A stretch of 64,000 bases of DNA from assembly GCA_030324005.1 (NCBI GenBank), contig JARDVH010000097.1, positions 40,870,448 through 40,934,447 on the forward strand, written 5' to 3'. The stretch is from Negaprion brevirostris. Taxonomy: Eukaryota. Position numbers and translations under genes: made by a program. Within the stretch, counting starts at the first letter, position 1; each line of letters starts with the position of its first letter. Positions 13,242 through 25,935 of this stretch are shown piece after piece. Under the pieces are notes generated by a model. It worked only from the letters and a program-made list of their open reading frames with translations. It was not told the origin of the DNA and did not search any database.

Positions 13242-14103
13242 TGTGGCCAGGATAAACATGATATTTTTCACTTCGGGTATGATTCAACTGACTCACTAAG
13301 GAGCTTTAATCAAACCAAAGTTTATTTAAGAATATAGTTAACATATATGGAAAGAAAATTAGCAATAACTTTTATCAATTACGAACAAAAATAAAACTAC
13401 AATAATGTATAACCCTCAACAAATATATCCAAAATGTTCCAATCAAACAAAATTTCCCACAAACATAAAAAAAAACTCTCTCCACAGGTATAACACAACA
13501 AAGATTGATGCTTACCTGATACTGCGACTGAGTCCTTTGGATGAATGCTACAGACAAGCTTGGAGTCAGGACAGCTTCCCAGAACACCAGGGAGAAACTC
13601 TGGTCTAGCTACCTAACGCCTGACGAAGGGGCAAAACCCGAAAGCCTGTGAGTTTACTATCAAATAAACTGGTTGGACTCTAACCTGGTGTGTGAGACTT
13701 CTTACTGTGTTTACCTCAGTCCAACGCCGGCATCTCCAAATCACGAGCCAGCAGCAGCAGATTCTCTATCCAGGAAGGCAAGAAGCCTTGCTTTCAGCTT
13801 ACCAGCAGAATTTCCAAAACCAGATAGAGAAACACTTATTTTCAGCTTGATGTCTGTTCTAAACTAAAACTAGTGCCAGCCAAAACTGAAAAATAAAGCT
13901 TAAATTCACCAGGAAGGAAAAAAAAACTGTCCAAAACACATGATGTGCCTCCAAACAATGCAGGGTCGTAAAAGATCCCAGAGTAAAAATAAACAAACCC
14001 CATTTAAGTAGCAATAAAAGGACTTCTACAGACAACTTGGCTGAGAGCTGCACAGAACATGATTTATAAAAAAAAACATTTTTTTAGGTACACTAACGTC
14101 ACA
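13242..14103 (-). mobile_element. Putative solo LTR containing a Penelope-like insertion
   Basis: TG...CA ends (tgtggcc...gtcaca). Flanks tgaa/tgag are a possible degenerate 4-bp TSD. AATAAA on the minus strand at about 13321. Confidence 0.4.
13620..13738 (+). mobile_element. Penelope-like terminal fragment with a hammerhead-like core
   Basis: ctgacga-a-gggg-caaaa-ccc-gaaa followed by aaataaa...gttggactctaacctggtg...ccaacgccggcatctcca. Four related copies in the window. Confidence 0.6.
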
Positions 14104-14779
14104 TGAGTAAAAGCTCCACTCAACAAACTGATAAGCCACATAGCAGAACATATGCTGCCAAAGTCAAATTGGGTTCAGGAAAGTTAGAGACACTTGCGAC
14201 GTGACCTTTACCCTTTGACAAATATAAGAAAAATGTCACTAACGGGTGGGACTCTGCTGTGTCTTTGTTGACCTAGCAAAGTGCTTTGACACAGTAAATG
14301 GAAAGGTTTTGTGGATGAATGAAAGAAGTGTAGACCTGATATAGCAGTTTCAAGCTGGAATGACAGCCAGAGTTGTTGACGGTAGTAAACACACTAACCC
14401 CTCTGATGTAACAAATGCAGGGTGGGACTGAAATGGCCCGTGTTTTTCAGTATATTCTTTGCTGCCATGCTTTCTGAGCATGATAGAAACGTTGATGGAA
14501 TATACATCCAATTCAAAACAAATGGCAATCTCTTCAATCTGAGACAAATGAAATTGAAGTCCCATAATTACCTGATTATTATTCTTACCTCAGTGAATTG
14601 TTTACATATGTGCTTCTTTATTTCCTGCTGACTCTTTGAAGGCCTATAATATACTCCCAATAATGCAGTTGCCCCCTTTATATTCCTAAGTTTACCAACA
14701 AAGCCTCGTTTGAAGACCCTTCTAAGATATCATCTCTCCTTATTGGAGAACTGGAAGATAAGTGCACAAGAATGAAACA

Positions 14780-15780
14780 TTTGGGGCTTAATCTCATTCA
14801 GTGATGTTGATTCCTTCAAACACATCAACTTTCTGTGATTCATATGTAAGGATATTCAGGTCCCTTTGAATGCAAACATTTCTCAATTTTTCAAATTGCA
14901 AAAAAAATCCTGCTTTTTTAATTTTTCCTGCCAAGGTGGATAACTTCACTCTTCTGTCACGTTCTTGCCAATTTATGCAACCTGTAACTTTGGGCCGTCA
15001 GAAATCTTGAATACGTTATACTCAGCCCCCTCATCTAAGTCATTCACATGTGTTATAAATAGCTGAAACCCAAGTACTGATCCTTACAGTAACCTGCAAG
15101 TTAGAGCTTGCCAATCCGGAAGTGGTTCACTTTATTTCTACTGTTTTTTCCATTAACCAATCTTCATCTATGCCAATATGTTATCCCCAATTCCATGAGT
15201 CCTAATTTTGTATAATGTCTTGTGCAGCATCTTACTTTTGAAAATTCAACAATACTGGGCGGCATTCTCCCAACAAAATTCTAAATGTTGAATTTGCATA
15301 AAAACTGGAGTAAATATCGTTTTTTTTCAGTGGAGTTCAGAGGAGAATCTCCCATTCTGTGCACTGCAGTGTGCCCTGGCATGATTCACTCCAGAAATCG
15401 GTTGGCAGGGCGTAATCCCACTGGAGAGGCTGGCAGCATAGCTCTGAGCGGGCCACTGTCAGCGATTTGTCAGAGCCAAAATTGGTGCACGCATAGTGGC
15501 TCCTGTCTGCTGGCCTCCTGATTGCTGGCCAGCTCAATCGTTGGCCAGCCCCGTGAATCTCTCCAAACCCCACTCTCCTGACCCTGGGAGATGCTATCGG
15601 GGCGGGACACCGAGCACAGATCCTGCGCTGCGTGAATCTCCTGGTCTGTTTTTGTAAAAAAAAGCGCAGCAGGATGGGAGAATTGCCTCCAATATATTCA
15701 TTGTTTGCCCCTCCTAATTACATCATCAAAAACTTCATCAGATTTATCAAACATGACATCCCTTGCATAAATCCATGTTG
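14780..15780 (-). mobile_element. Decayed CR1 RT fragment, split by a MITE
   Basis: Similar to the CR1 copy at 26830-28075. Resumes directly after the MITE at 15690. Confidence 0.6.
15257..15690. mobile_element. MITE with terminal inverted repeats
   Basis: gggcggcattctccca ... tgggagaattgcctcc. A longer relative lies at 49920-50950. Confidence 0.7.
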
Positions 15781-17254
15781 ATGATTAAACAAAGAGCCTG
15801 CTGTTGGAATTTAGGGTTCAGGAGTCAAATAACCCTTTAACCCCTTATTCCCTAGTTCTAAAATGATTCCAAGTGATAATTCTTATTGTTGACAGTGATT
15901 ATATTTTATTCAGTATAAATAAGACTTGACACTGTAATATAAGTTTTAACTGACTGGATATATGTTATTGTATGATGTAGATGGTGATGCACTACTGATA
16001 TCAGTCAGTCATGTATTTGACTCTTGCTAGTGAGGAGTTGGACTCATGCCTATGAGCAATGTGCCAACTCAGTAATATGTTAACAAACAGATACCAGAGC
16101 ATGTTTACAATCTGTTCAAGGGCCACATCCTATATTTAGAATCCAAGGTTGAAGAATCCATCTCAGAACATGGCGGCTGCCATGGCGACATTGATGAAAA
16201 AGCAAACACTAGCATCAGTGAAGGAACCACACGGTGAAGAAAAACTTGAAAGCAGCTTGAGAAATTTTGGCAGGAGGAGCAGGCACACTGGAGAGAGGTG
16301 ACAATGACTGTACCTGGTGAACAGTCCTGCCCCTGGCCCACCCATTCCACTGTCTTGTGGACCCATAGAGAAGCCAGGAGTGGGAGTCAAGGAAACATCA
16401 CTTTTTCCAGTACCAAACAGCTTTACACACTGCTGATGACCACATAATAACAAAAATGATGCCACGAGCCCCTGAACTAACAAATTTTTGAATTCTGACT
16501 TCTCTCCTGATCTGTAATGAGTTGTTGCAACTTTAACTTCAAAGGGTGAAGTTATTTAAACTTNNNNNNNNNNNNNNNNNNNNNNNNNNNNNNNNNNNNN
16601 NNNNNNNNNNGCCCTCGACATGGTCCTCAACTCCATCCAGCTGGCCTGACACAAACAGCTGCTAAACACTAGCTACCTCTGTATATATTGCAAACATTTT
16701 AAGAGATGGGCTATTATTAAACACTCAACAACCTTAATCAGCCTCGTAACAGATACAGGCACGCCCATATTGTTGCCCACCTCGTATACAAAACTATCAA
16801 TGCTTTAACACAAATTTCAATCAGTATTTTCCTCCTCAGAATTGGAAATTTGAGAATAAGTCTTTTGTTGCTTGCTAAATGTAGCAAAATCATGTGTCTA
16901 TACAAAGAACACATTTATGATTTCAGCTAAATAATGAATGGTGAAAATCTTTATCAATGAAGAGGCCCAGCCTCTGATTCATTTGCAGCAAAATCTGAAT
17001 AAAGTCAATTTAAATCAATCTCCTTCCTTTCACAACAATCCCTATTTCTCTCCATCCTCATATGCAGTAAAAACCGAGCAGTGCATTCATAACAATCTGT
17101 TAAATGCTGGAAAATAAAAGAAGAATGTTTGATTGCATTATTTTTTGCTGATTGAAAGAATAATTATTTTTCACTTTATAACCATTACTGTATAAAGCAC
17201 AAGACAATAGCTGATTAAATTGGTCTTTAAGGCATTCAACAATTGCTTTCAATT

Positions 17255-17590
17255 TCCATAGAATCTGACAGTGCAGCATGAGGCCATTTGGCCCATTGAA
17301 TCTGCACCAACCCTCCGAAGGAGCACATTACCGAGACTCACTCCCCCACCCTATCACTGTAAACCTAAGCATTGATCATGGCCAATTCCCCTACCTTGTC
17401 CATCTTTGAACACCAAAGGGCAATTTTGCATGGTCAATCTACTCAATCTGGGCTGTGGGAGGAAACTGGAGCAGCCGGGGAAACCTTTGCAGACACCGGG
17501 AGAACATGCAATCCCCACATATGCCAAGACTGAAAATGAACCCAGGTTCCTGTGGCAGTGAGGTAGCAGTGCTAACCACTATGCCACCCA
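17255..17590 (-). mobile_element. Full-length HE1-like tRNA-derived SINE
   Basis: Minus strand begins gggtggcatagtggttagcactgctacctcac (A box), followed by a B-box-like ggttc motif and a CR1-derived tail. Confidence 0.8.
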
Positions 17591-17709
17591 TGTGTCTTCC
17601 TGAAAGGAAGATAGGTTAGAGGAGAAATTAGTGAAACTGAAATCATGGGGCAAGTTAAAAACACTTGTAACTTAAACTATTATTTTGAAGCTAAGCTGAA
17701 TTAAATGGT

Positions 17710-19860
17710 GGGTGGAATTTTCCGATACGTTTTCTAAGTGTCAGTCTCGGTGAGAAAGCCAGAGAGAACACTGCCGGCGCCAAGGCAGGAAAAGTCGCCA
17801 TATATACAGCCTCTTTGAGAATAATACTTTTACTCATGAGTTTCACGCTGTGCCTGAGGTGATCTGCCTCTAATTCACTTTCCCTGCTACAATTTAATTG
17901 CTGCAATTAGTGGGGAGCACCATTTAAACACCTTCCCAGCACTTGGTCCAAGGGAAAACAGGGAGATGACTGCCAAAAAACGATTCACCTCAGCAAACTT
18001 CTGGATGGGATCCAGCAGAAGCAGGAGACCTTCTACTGTCATTCGGACAGATGTCCTGCCAGTAAAGTGACCAATCCCGCCTGGGAGGCTGTGGCTCCGA
18101 TTGAGTGCCAGCTCTCACTTGAGAACAGCGCTGAAGTGCCTGGAGAAAATAACCTTCTTCAGGCAGCCAGGCTAAGCCTGACTCCTCATGTCTTCCACAG
18201 CATCCCTTAACAACCCCTCACTAATCTCCACATGATCTCACTCCCAGCCACCACTCAGGGTCGCAGGACTTGTCATGCTGCCACCCTCTCCCTATTATCC
18301 CCCACCAGAGGCCGCCTCAGCCTCTGCTGTGGATTCTGGGGAAACACCGAGACATAGCAGGAGTGTGAGGAAGGCTAAGAAACACTAGGCACATAGTAGG
18401 CACAAGTGAACCGAGGCACTGGTTGAGATAAGTCACCAGTATAACTTGTGGGCCGAAGGGCCTGTTTGTGCTGTAGTGTTCTATAATAACAAGCTCGTAT
18501 TAAAAATACGTTGATCACACATAAAATGCCCCACCCCGCTCTCATCTCGGCATGCTCTGCCAACCTTTGTGCAAAGTGGGCACTGAGACAATGGCAACAC
18601 TGTGCTTCTCCCACCTCTGATACTGATGATGCAGAGGAAAAGGAGATAGTGGATCTTGTTGGATGATTCTCCTGTCACAGCCTCCCCCAGCACCCATCCC
18701 CCTGCCCCACCAAAGAAAGATGGCCCCACACTTCCCTCCCCAAACAATACTCAGACTTTTCTTGTCAGCCATCGTTCTTTAGTAATCAGGATGCCAAGGG
18801 TTGAAAGCTTGTGAGAGTCTGTCCACCTCATCAGCCGGTGGAGATACACACCAGGACCCCTGGCCTCAGAGGAGACAGTAGAAGCTCAAATGTGTCACTC
18901 AGCCACTTTGTACCTCTAGATCATCCTGTTCAGTGGCAAGTNNNNNNNNNNNNNNNNNNNNNNNNNNNNNNNNNNNNNNNNNNNNNNNNNNNNNNNNNNN
19001 NNNNNNNNNNNNNNNNNNNNNNNNNNNNNNNNNNNNNNNNNNNNNNNNNNNNNNTCAGTAATATTGCTTTTGTGCCGTGCCCATAAATGGAATGACCATC
19101 TTTGCAGCCTGAGGGTGGGAGTACATTCTGACTGCACTCGTCCTCCCGCCCCGTGTGAGAGTCTTCTGCCCTCATATAGCTAGTAACTTCCCCTTGGCAG
19201 AGTCCCCACTCTGCCCATGCAGCCTGGCATTTCATGGGGCCCATCCATGCTGATGCTGTGATTTCACCCTTTCCCTTCCAGCTACCACTCCAAGGGCAAT
19301 GTCTGTTGAAGGGATTGCCCTTCAGCAGACATATTGCCAGAAACCCAGCAAGGGGGACCTGAGAAGTGCTATCTGCACACTAACTGCTGGATCCCTCGAG
19401 ATTTAGATGCCCACAACAAAGAAGGTGTAGGGACCCCCGAAATGCTGAGACTGAATCCCAATAGGGCCCCCCTCCATCTCATCTTCCCCTCCATCTGGCC
19501 CCAAGTTTCACTTATCTGGATCCCCTGTGTCCTCTCTGGAGCTCTCTCTTCAATTGACACGCAGGAGGGTGATGGTGACCTGAGTACTCACCTCCAATAT
19601 CCCCTTCAGAGGTGAGGTTGCCAGATTCTCCATATTATACACATGCTGTAAATCGTGCCAGCATGAGTACGGGGGGGCGGGGGGAGTAGAAAATCCTACT
19701 GGAACGGTTCATTAATTATATTAATGTATTTAAATGAGGTTCCCGACCTTCCTAGACAGAAACAACATTACAGCATTGGTGAGGGTTGTTTTCCGATTTT
19801 TGCAGGATTTTGTGCCTGTCGTCGTTCTTGCTGACAGCTGACACAGGCTCAAAATTCCTC
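17710..19860 (+). mobile_element. Decayed PIF/Harbinger-type element with a Myb/SANT-like ORF remnant
   Basis: Ends gggtggaattttcc / aaaattcctc. 17998-18171 reads LLDGIQQKQETFY...KVTNPAWEAVA/LSASSHLRTALKCLEK/NLLQAAR across frameshifts. Confidence 0.6.
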
Positions 19861-19974
19861 TAAGTTACAATAGGCTGTGAAAAGCCTATGGCACTATTCA
19901 CATTACAGGATTGAATTCCAATGGGAGTATGAATCAGTTTGATCCTATTTCCTTTCCAAGATCCTCAGGTTTTA

Positions 19975-20760
19975 CCTGTCTCCGGTTTGTGAAGGATGGG
20001 TCTGGCCATGTTGCTGTGGAACGCTCCAAGTCATTGGACCAAGCTGTATTATCAACTGTCCCTTGTGGATAAATATGTTCAGAAAAACAAATCTGACCAC
20101 AAGGCAATCAAGCAGTGGTCTGCTCGTAAAGTCCGGAACGCCCTGAGAGAAAATGAGATGGTGGAACTTTTTGGATGCTCCACTGAGCAGACGGTCAGGG
20201 TCAAATAACAGAATGTTTCATAACCAGAATTTTCAAATAAGCACCAAGACCTAGTGTGGCTGGTGGTGAGAAGGGCACTCCCTGTCAGATTCTTCATGCA
20301 CGCCTGAAGTATGTGCGCCACCACACGCTGCCCTCAAAATGGCTATTCGGGGAGGTGGGCAGTATTTGTCGAGGTTTATCCCAAGCAGCTCTGTGAAGAA
20401 GGACCCTGCACTCTATGGGCTGTTCCCAGAGATGCACACAAGACAAACATTAACAGCTACTGGAGGGTCATCAACTCAGTGAAAGATGTTCTTTGGTTGC
20501 TTGAAACTGTTGATCTTAAAGCGCAAAGAACTGTCCTCAATCGAGTGCAGATTACACATTCCAAAACTCAGGAATACGTGCTGAAGGAAACACTCAATTT
20601 TGGGACAGCTGCTGCCAAGATGCACTGGGGAAAGGCCACTGTGCGAGACCTTTCAGCCAAAATGCACTGAGGGGCTGGTAACTGGACAAAACGCCTTTGA
20701 CTGTGTGCTTAATCCTAACTGTATGTAACTGTACTGAAGCACCTCAGAGTGCAACATGAC
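19975..20760 (+). mobile_element. Tx1/L1-clade LINE ORF2 C-terminal remnant
   Basis: ORF pieces 19996-20208 and 20311-20670 contain DHKAIKQWSAR, WLVVR.ALP, CP..G and WR.INSVKD.LW, resembling the zf-RVT region. Stops and frameshifts present. Confidence 0.7.
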
Positions 20761-21764
20761 CGATGTGTATTATTTAAAAAAAAGAGTTGTACTCCCTGTA
20801 ATATTGAAATGTTTGTAATGCTCTAATTGCTGAACTAAAGCACTTCAGAGTACATCTTGATTTCTGGAGAAAATGGGAATATCATTCTATTTTACTACTA
20901 TAACAATTCAAAATGTTTACAACATGCCTTTCAGATTTTATATGAAAAAATCTATTTTTGCAAACAAAATTTCTTTCCAAGATTCCATGAGGAAATTTAT
21001 TAATCTATGCCCAACTTAGTTTTGTTACCACAACCAGATATAGCTAAGATGGTGTGGTCACTAATTACAATGTGAAATGTAACTAGTTACTGAATCACAC
21101 TTGTTTGATTTCCTACAGAGGTAGGTGTTTTGACTCTAATACTAGGATGGCAAGCTAGTATTTAAATAGACAGTTTGTAATTAACATTTTGTATTTATTT
21201 GGATCAGATATATATGCCAAAATTGGGAAATTGTGTTGCCGATCAAAGAGTTAGGTGCAAGGGTCAGTGTATCTGATCTGTGCAACTCCCCAATTTTTAT
21301 TCCTTAAAATCAATTGCAGGCAAATTGAGTAAAGCTATGAACAGATATATAAACCTTTGCATGGAATTCTTTATTAGTCAAGCAAGGCATCCAGTTAAGA
21401 GTAGATTCTTGTACATTCAGAGTTACTGGATTGCATTTAACCAAAAATGGAACTGAAATTTGCACTGATCATGCGAATGAGAATTTATGCCATAATTTTC
21501 AGTCCTTACTTGCCTAATCTTTAATAATACAAGAGAACATTAAAGCTGACATTCAACTTCTAAAAATCTCTGCCAGGTTCATCTTAACTTCACATCATCT
21601 GGAATTCAGAGTGCGCCACAATTACTATGCTGATAAAATGCAGCCTAATAAATATGATGGAAGGTTTTGTGGCTTACTTTGCCAACTATTAGGAGTTCTC
21701 GTAAATACCTGGACTATGACACAAATAGATCACATTTAGATCAGTGACAGGATTTAGATTCATC

Positions 21765-21900
21765 CTATTGTGGGTTCAGCCCTCATTACTGATACCTGAT
21801 CAAACAATCTTGGCTGTCACGTCACTGCAGTACTGAGGGAGAAGCACTGCCTTTTGGATGAAACAATAAACTGAGGTCACATGCTCAGGTGAACATAAGA
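21765..21900 (+). mobile_element. Ancient Deu-domain SINE fragment (SacSINE1/AmnSINE-like)
   Basis: cagtactgaggga...cttttggatgaaacaataaactgagg...ctcaggtgaacataaga resembles the recalled Deu core. Confidence 0.5.
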
Positions 21901-22370
21901 TATTCCAGTTCAGAGAAGGTTTACTAGACTAATACCTAGAATGGGAAGGCTGTCTATGAGGAAAGATTGCACAAGTTTACATCTGCTGGAATTTATAAGC
22001 GCAAGAAGTGACCTGATTGCAATATATCAGATACTGATGGGTTTTGAAGGGTGGATGTGGAAAGAATGTTTCCACTTGTGGGAGAATCTAGAATCTAAAA
22101 ATTAGGGCTTGTCCATTTAAGACAGAGAAGAAAACAAATGTTTCCTCTCAGATTGTCGTGATTCTTTGGAACTCTTCCTCAAAAGGCAGTGGAAGCAGTC
22201 TTTAAAGATTTTAAAGGCAAAGATGGATTCTTGATAAGCAAAGGAGTGAAAGGTTTTCAGGGGTAGGCTGGAATGTGGAGTTGAGGTTACTATCAAATCA
22301 ATCCTGTTTTTATTGAATAGTGGTAATAGCCTTGAAAGGGTGAATAGTCTGCTCTGCTCCTTGTTCATAC
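21900..22370 (+). mobile_element. CR1 LINE 3' fragment
   Basis: VQRRFTRLIP-type coding (gttcagagaaggtttactagactaatacct) and a CR1-type 3' UTR. Confidence 0.75.
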
Positions 22371-23039
22371 AAGTATCAGTGTGAAGCATCTTTGGATTTA
22401 AAACATACAATTTAAATGCAAGCTCTTTCTTTTGGTTATTAGGGCATATGTATATATTCTTGGCTTTGCTTGTGCAGAGCTTTCATTCAGATTATGTTAC
22501 TGTATGAACAACAGTTCCAAGTAAATCATCTATTGGTATTTAGTTCAAAGTAATTATATTGTATTGTTATGAAGATTTAAAGGGAGATTTCAGCTCTGAG
22601 ACTTCACTGTTGGATGTTGTTCATTTCTCAGCAAGGAACAATGCTAAACCAACTACAAAATTATCCCTCTTTACACTGATAATTTCCTCATTACTCTGGA
22701 AGGAAATCTCTAGTTGTGCTCCAATGCACTGGCTTTTAAGATGACATGGGGCCATCATTTCCAAGCTCCAGGCCTTTGTATTATGGGGGGACCCCAAAGA
22801 TGCGCTGGGGAACACTCACCCCCAGAATGTTTGCATGTATGGTCTGCACGACAATTGCCCAAAAGCGCAAATAAAAATGCAATTTAAATTGCAAACTTCA
22901 GTAATTCTTACTGTGTTGGATCAATAGTTAGCCAAAAATCATTAGAAAAATCAAAACCTCTTCTAACTTCTGGATAGCTATTGCACAGAATCACACCAAC
23001 CTTGCATTTGATTCCTATGACACCATGACTGCACAGAGG

Positions 23040-23356
23040 ATTCCACCCAGAGATGCAGAGTAATGCTCTGTGGGTTTGAATTCCACCCCAGTGGAATTTG
23101 AATTCAATAGAAATTTGGAATAAAAAGTCTAATGGTGACCATGAAACCATCGTCCATTGTTGTAAAAACCTATTTGGTTCACTAATGCCCTTTAGGGAGG
23201 GAAACCTGCCATCCTTACCCAAACTGGCCTACATGTGATTCCACCCCCACAACCCTAATTTGGCTGAATCTTAAATGCCCTCTGAACAAAGCAATTAGGG
23301 ATGGCAATAAATGCAGGCCCAACCAGTGGCGCCCACATCCTGTGTATGAATAAAAC
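23040..23356 (+). mobile_element. SINE sharing its 3' tail with the LINE at 3093-3894
   Basis: B-box-like gggtttgaattcc. Tail tagggatggcaataaatgc...gcccacatcc...tgaataaaa. Confidence 0.65.
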
Positions 23357-23904
23357 AGAAGTGTAGCTTTCAGAAAATGTCTCATTACAATGCAATGTAG
23401 ATAAGGTTTCAGATTGAACAGCAACCAGTCTTGGCAACGCTATTACTAATCCAAAGTATTGCTACAGCTTTCATTGTCATTACAAAGAAAACAGCCAAAA
23501 GTTTACATTTTTGATTGTAATTGGCAGTTGAGGTGCACTAGTTTTAAGAAGTTAAATATCTAAATCTAAGTATGTATTCAGTTAGTAACTTAATTGATTT
23601 GACCTAAGTAATAAACAAAACTTAATCTTATTTAAGAATTAGGGCAGGATTTTTCAAAGCTGCCTGTGGCTGTGGTGGGCAGGACTGGAAAATTCAGAAT
23701 GTGGCCGAAAGTCAGTTTCCCGCTAGTGTAAAATGGGTTGTAATTTTTTGCTCCTGACTTTCATGGTAGGTCAGGTTGCCCACCACACCAAATCGGCAAC
23801 TGTATTTGCATACCTTTGCATCTCATGAATGGTTATTAAAAACTCAGCTCACCAAAATTGCGTTCCCCACTCCAAATCATGTTGGTGATCTAGACACCTA
23901 AAAA

Positions 23905-24640
23905 CTTGAAGCTCTCAGCCCTTTTCTACTTCGTCCCCATTGATGTAGACAGGAGCTTGTTCTCCTTTACGCTTCCTGAAGTCAATGACAATCTCCTTCA
24001 TTTTGTTGACACTGAGGGAGAGATTATTATTGCCAGTTCACCAGATTCTCTATCTCACTCTGTTTACTCTGTCTCATCATTGTTTGAAATCCGACCCACT
24101 ACGGTGATGTTGTCAGCAAATTTGAAAATTGAATTGGAGGAGAATTTGGCCACATAGTCATAGGTGTATAAGGAGTACACCAGGGGGCTGAAAACACAGC
24201 CTAATAGGGCACCAGTGTTGAGGATGATCGTGGAGGAGGTGTTGTTGCTTATCCTTACTAATTATGGTCTGTGAGTTAGGAGTTCAGGATCCAGAGGGAG
24301 GTGCCATGGCCCAGGCAACCGAGTTTGGAGATGAGTTTCGTGGAAATAATAGTGTTGAAGGCTGAGCTATAGTCAATAAATAGGAGACTGACATAGGTGT
24401 CCTTGTTATCTAGGTGTTCCAGGGCTGAGTGTAGGGCCAGGGACATGGCGTCTGCTGTGGACCTGTTGCGGCAGTAGGCGAACTGCAATGGATCCAGGCA
24501 CTCTGGGAGGCTGGAATTGATTCTGACGAATCTGAGGTCACCATTGCAGACAAGTTGCCCGATGCTTCCAGGGTGGAGACCGTGCTCTCGCTGACCTCTT
24601 GCTCAAAACTGGGCATAGAATGCATTGAGCTCATCAGGGA
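23905..24640 (-). mobile_element. Rex1/Babar LINE reverse transcriptase fragment
   Basis: [45 protein letters not shown] in ORF 24276-24488. A FADN/FADD-like motif at about 24110. Confidence 0.9.
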
Positions 24641-24899
24641 GGGGTGCGTTGGAGCCAGTGATTTTACATTCCTTCATCTTATAGCCTGTTATGTCTTACA
24701 GACCTTGTCAATAGCTGGCGGGGGTCCACGTGGTTAGCCTGGGACTCTAGCTTGATCTGGTACTGTCCTTTGGCATCTTATCACTGTTCATCCATGGTTT
24801 CCAGTTGGAAAACATGTGGGTTTGCATCAGTCCTCTACACATTTACCAATTTAAAACAGATGAGAAGGACATATTTGATAGGCTGCCTCTACCTAAAAT

Positions 24900-25420
24900 G
24901 GCTAAGACATCAGGTCCCAGATAAGATCGTGTTTGACAAATTTAATCGAATTATTTGAGGCGGTAACCAGGAGTATTGATGAGACATTTGATGTGGTCTA
25001 TTTGGACTTTAGCAAATAGCATGCAAGGTCTCTTATATCACATTAGACAAGAAAGTAAGGGAATCAAGGGGAAATAGCATATTGTATCCAAAATTAGCCA
25101 AGAGACGACAAGAAAGAATGTTGGTAGAGGGACGTTTCTGTAGCTGAGAGTCTGTTTCCACAGGGCTCTGTACTGGGGCCCCTGCTATTTGTGGTGTATT
25201 ACTGAATTAGACTTAAATGTAGAGGTATTAATCAAGAACTTTGCGCTGCTTGCAGTCATACCTAGAGCAAATGATGCATTAGTTGTAATTTATCAAAATT
25301 CGCTGGACTCTGGGGAGGTGCAAACTGATTGGAAAACAGCTAATGTAACACCACTGTTTAAAAAAAGGAGGTAGACAAAAGGCAGGTAACTACAGACCAG
25401 TTAGCTTAACATCTGTAGAA
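24900..25420 (+). mobile_element. CR1 RT fragments
   Basis: DVVYLDF.K-like motif at about 24990. I.QNSLDSGEV..DWKTANVTPLFKK...NYRPVSLTSV at about 25285-25417. Confidence 0.8.
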
Positions 25421-25596
25421 CACAGAACATAGAACACTACAGCACAAACAGGCCCTTCGGCCCACGAGTTGTGCCGATCACATCAACACCAACCANNNNN
25501 NNNNNNNNNNNNNNNNNNNNNNNNNNNNNNNNNNNNNNNNNNNNNNNNNNNNNNNNNNNNNNNNNNNNNNNNNNNNNNNNNNNNNNNNNNNNNNNG

Positions 25597-25935
25597 CGGT
25601 GATAGGCAAACTGTAGTGGGTCCAGGTAGTCCGGGAGGCTAGAATTGATGCCATGACTAGCCTTTCAAAGCACTTCATAATGATGGATGTCAGAGCCACC
25701 AGCTGATCATCATTAAGGCACGCTGCTTTGTTTTTCTTAGGAACCAGAATGGTGGTCATCTTCTTGAAGCAGGTAGGGACCTCAGGTTGTGTAAAGAGAG
25801 GTTGAACATGTCAGCAAATAACCCCACCAGCTGGTCTGTGCAGGATCTGAGTGCTAGTCCGGGTACCCCATCTGGGCCAGTCACTTTCCATGGGTCGACC
25901 TTCGAGAAAGCTGTTCTGACATCTACAATGATGAC
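25597..25935 (-). mobile_element. Second Rex1/Babar RT fragment
   Basis: KVTGPDGVPG..L.SC.DQL.G.F.D.FNLSL and TTI..VPKK...CLND...[16 protein letters not shown]. Confidence 0.88.

Larger units (their letters stand above)
14200..16450 (+). mobile_element. RTE-like LINE remnant in two pieces (about 14200-14570 and 16090-16450), with later insertions between them
   Basis: F.DL.K.FDTVN-like RT motif at about 14263. G..I.F.T.G.LFNL at about 14497. The 3' piece ends in an RTE-type C-terminal region. Confidence 0.55.
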
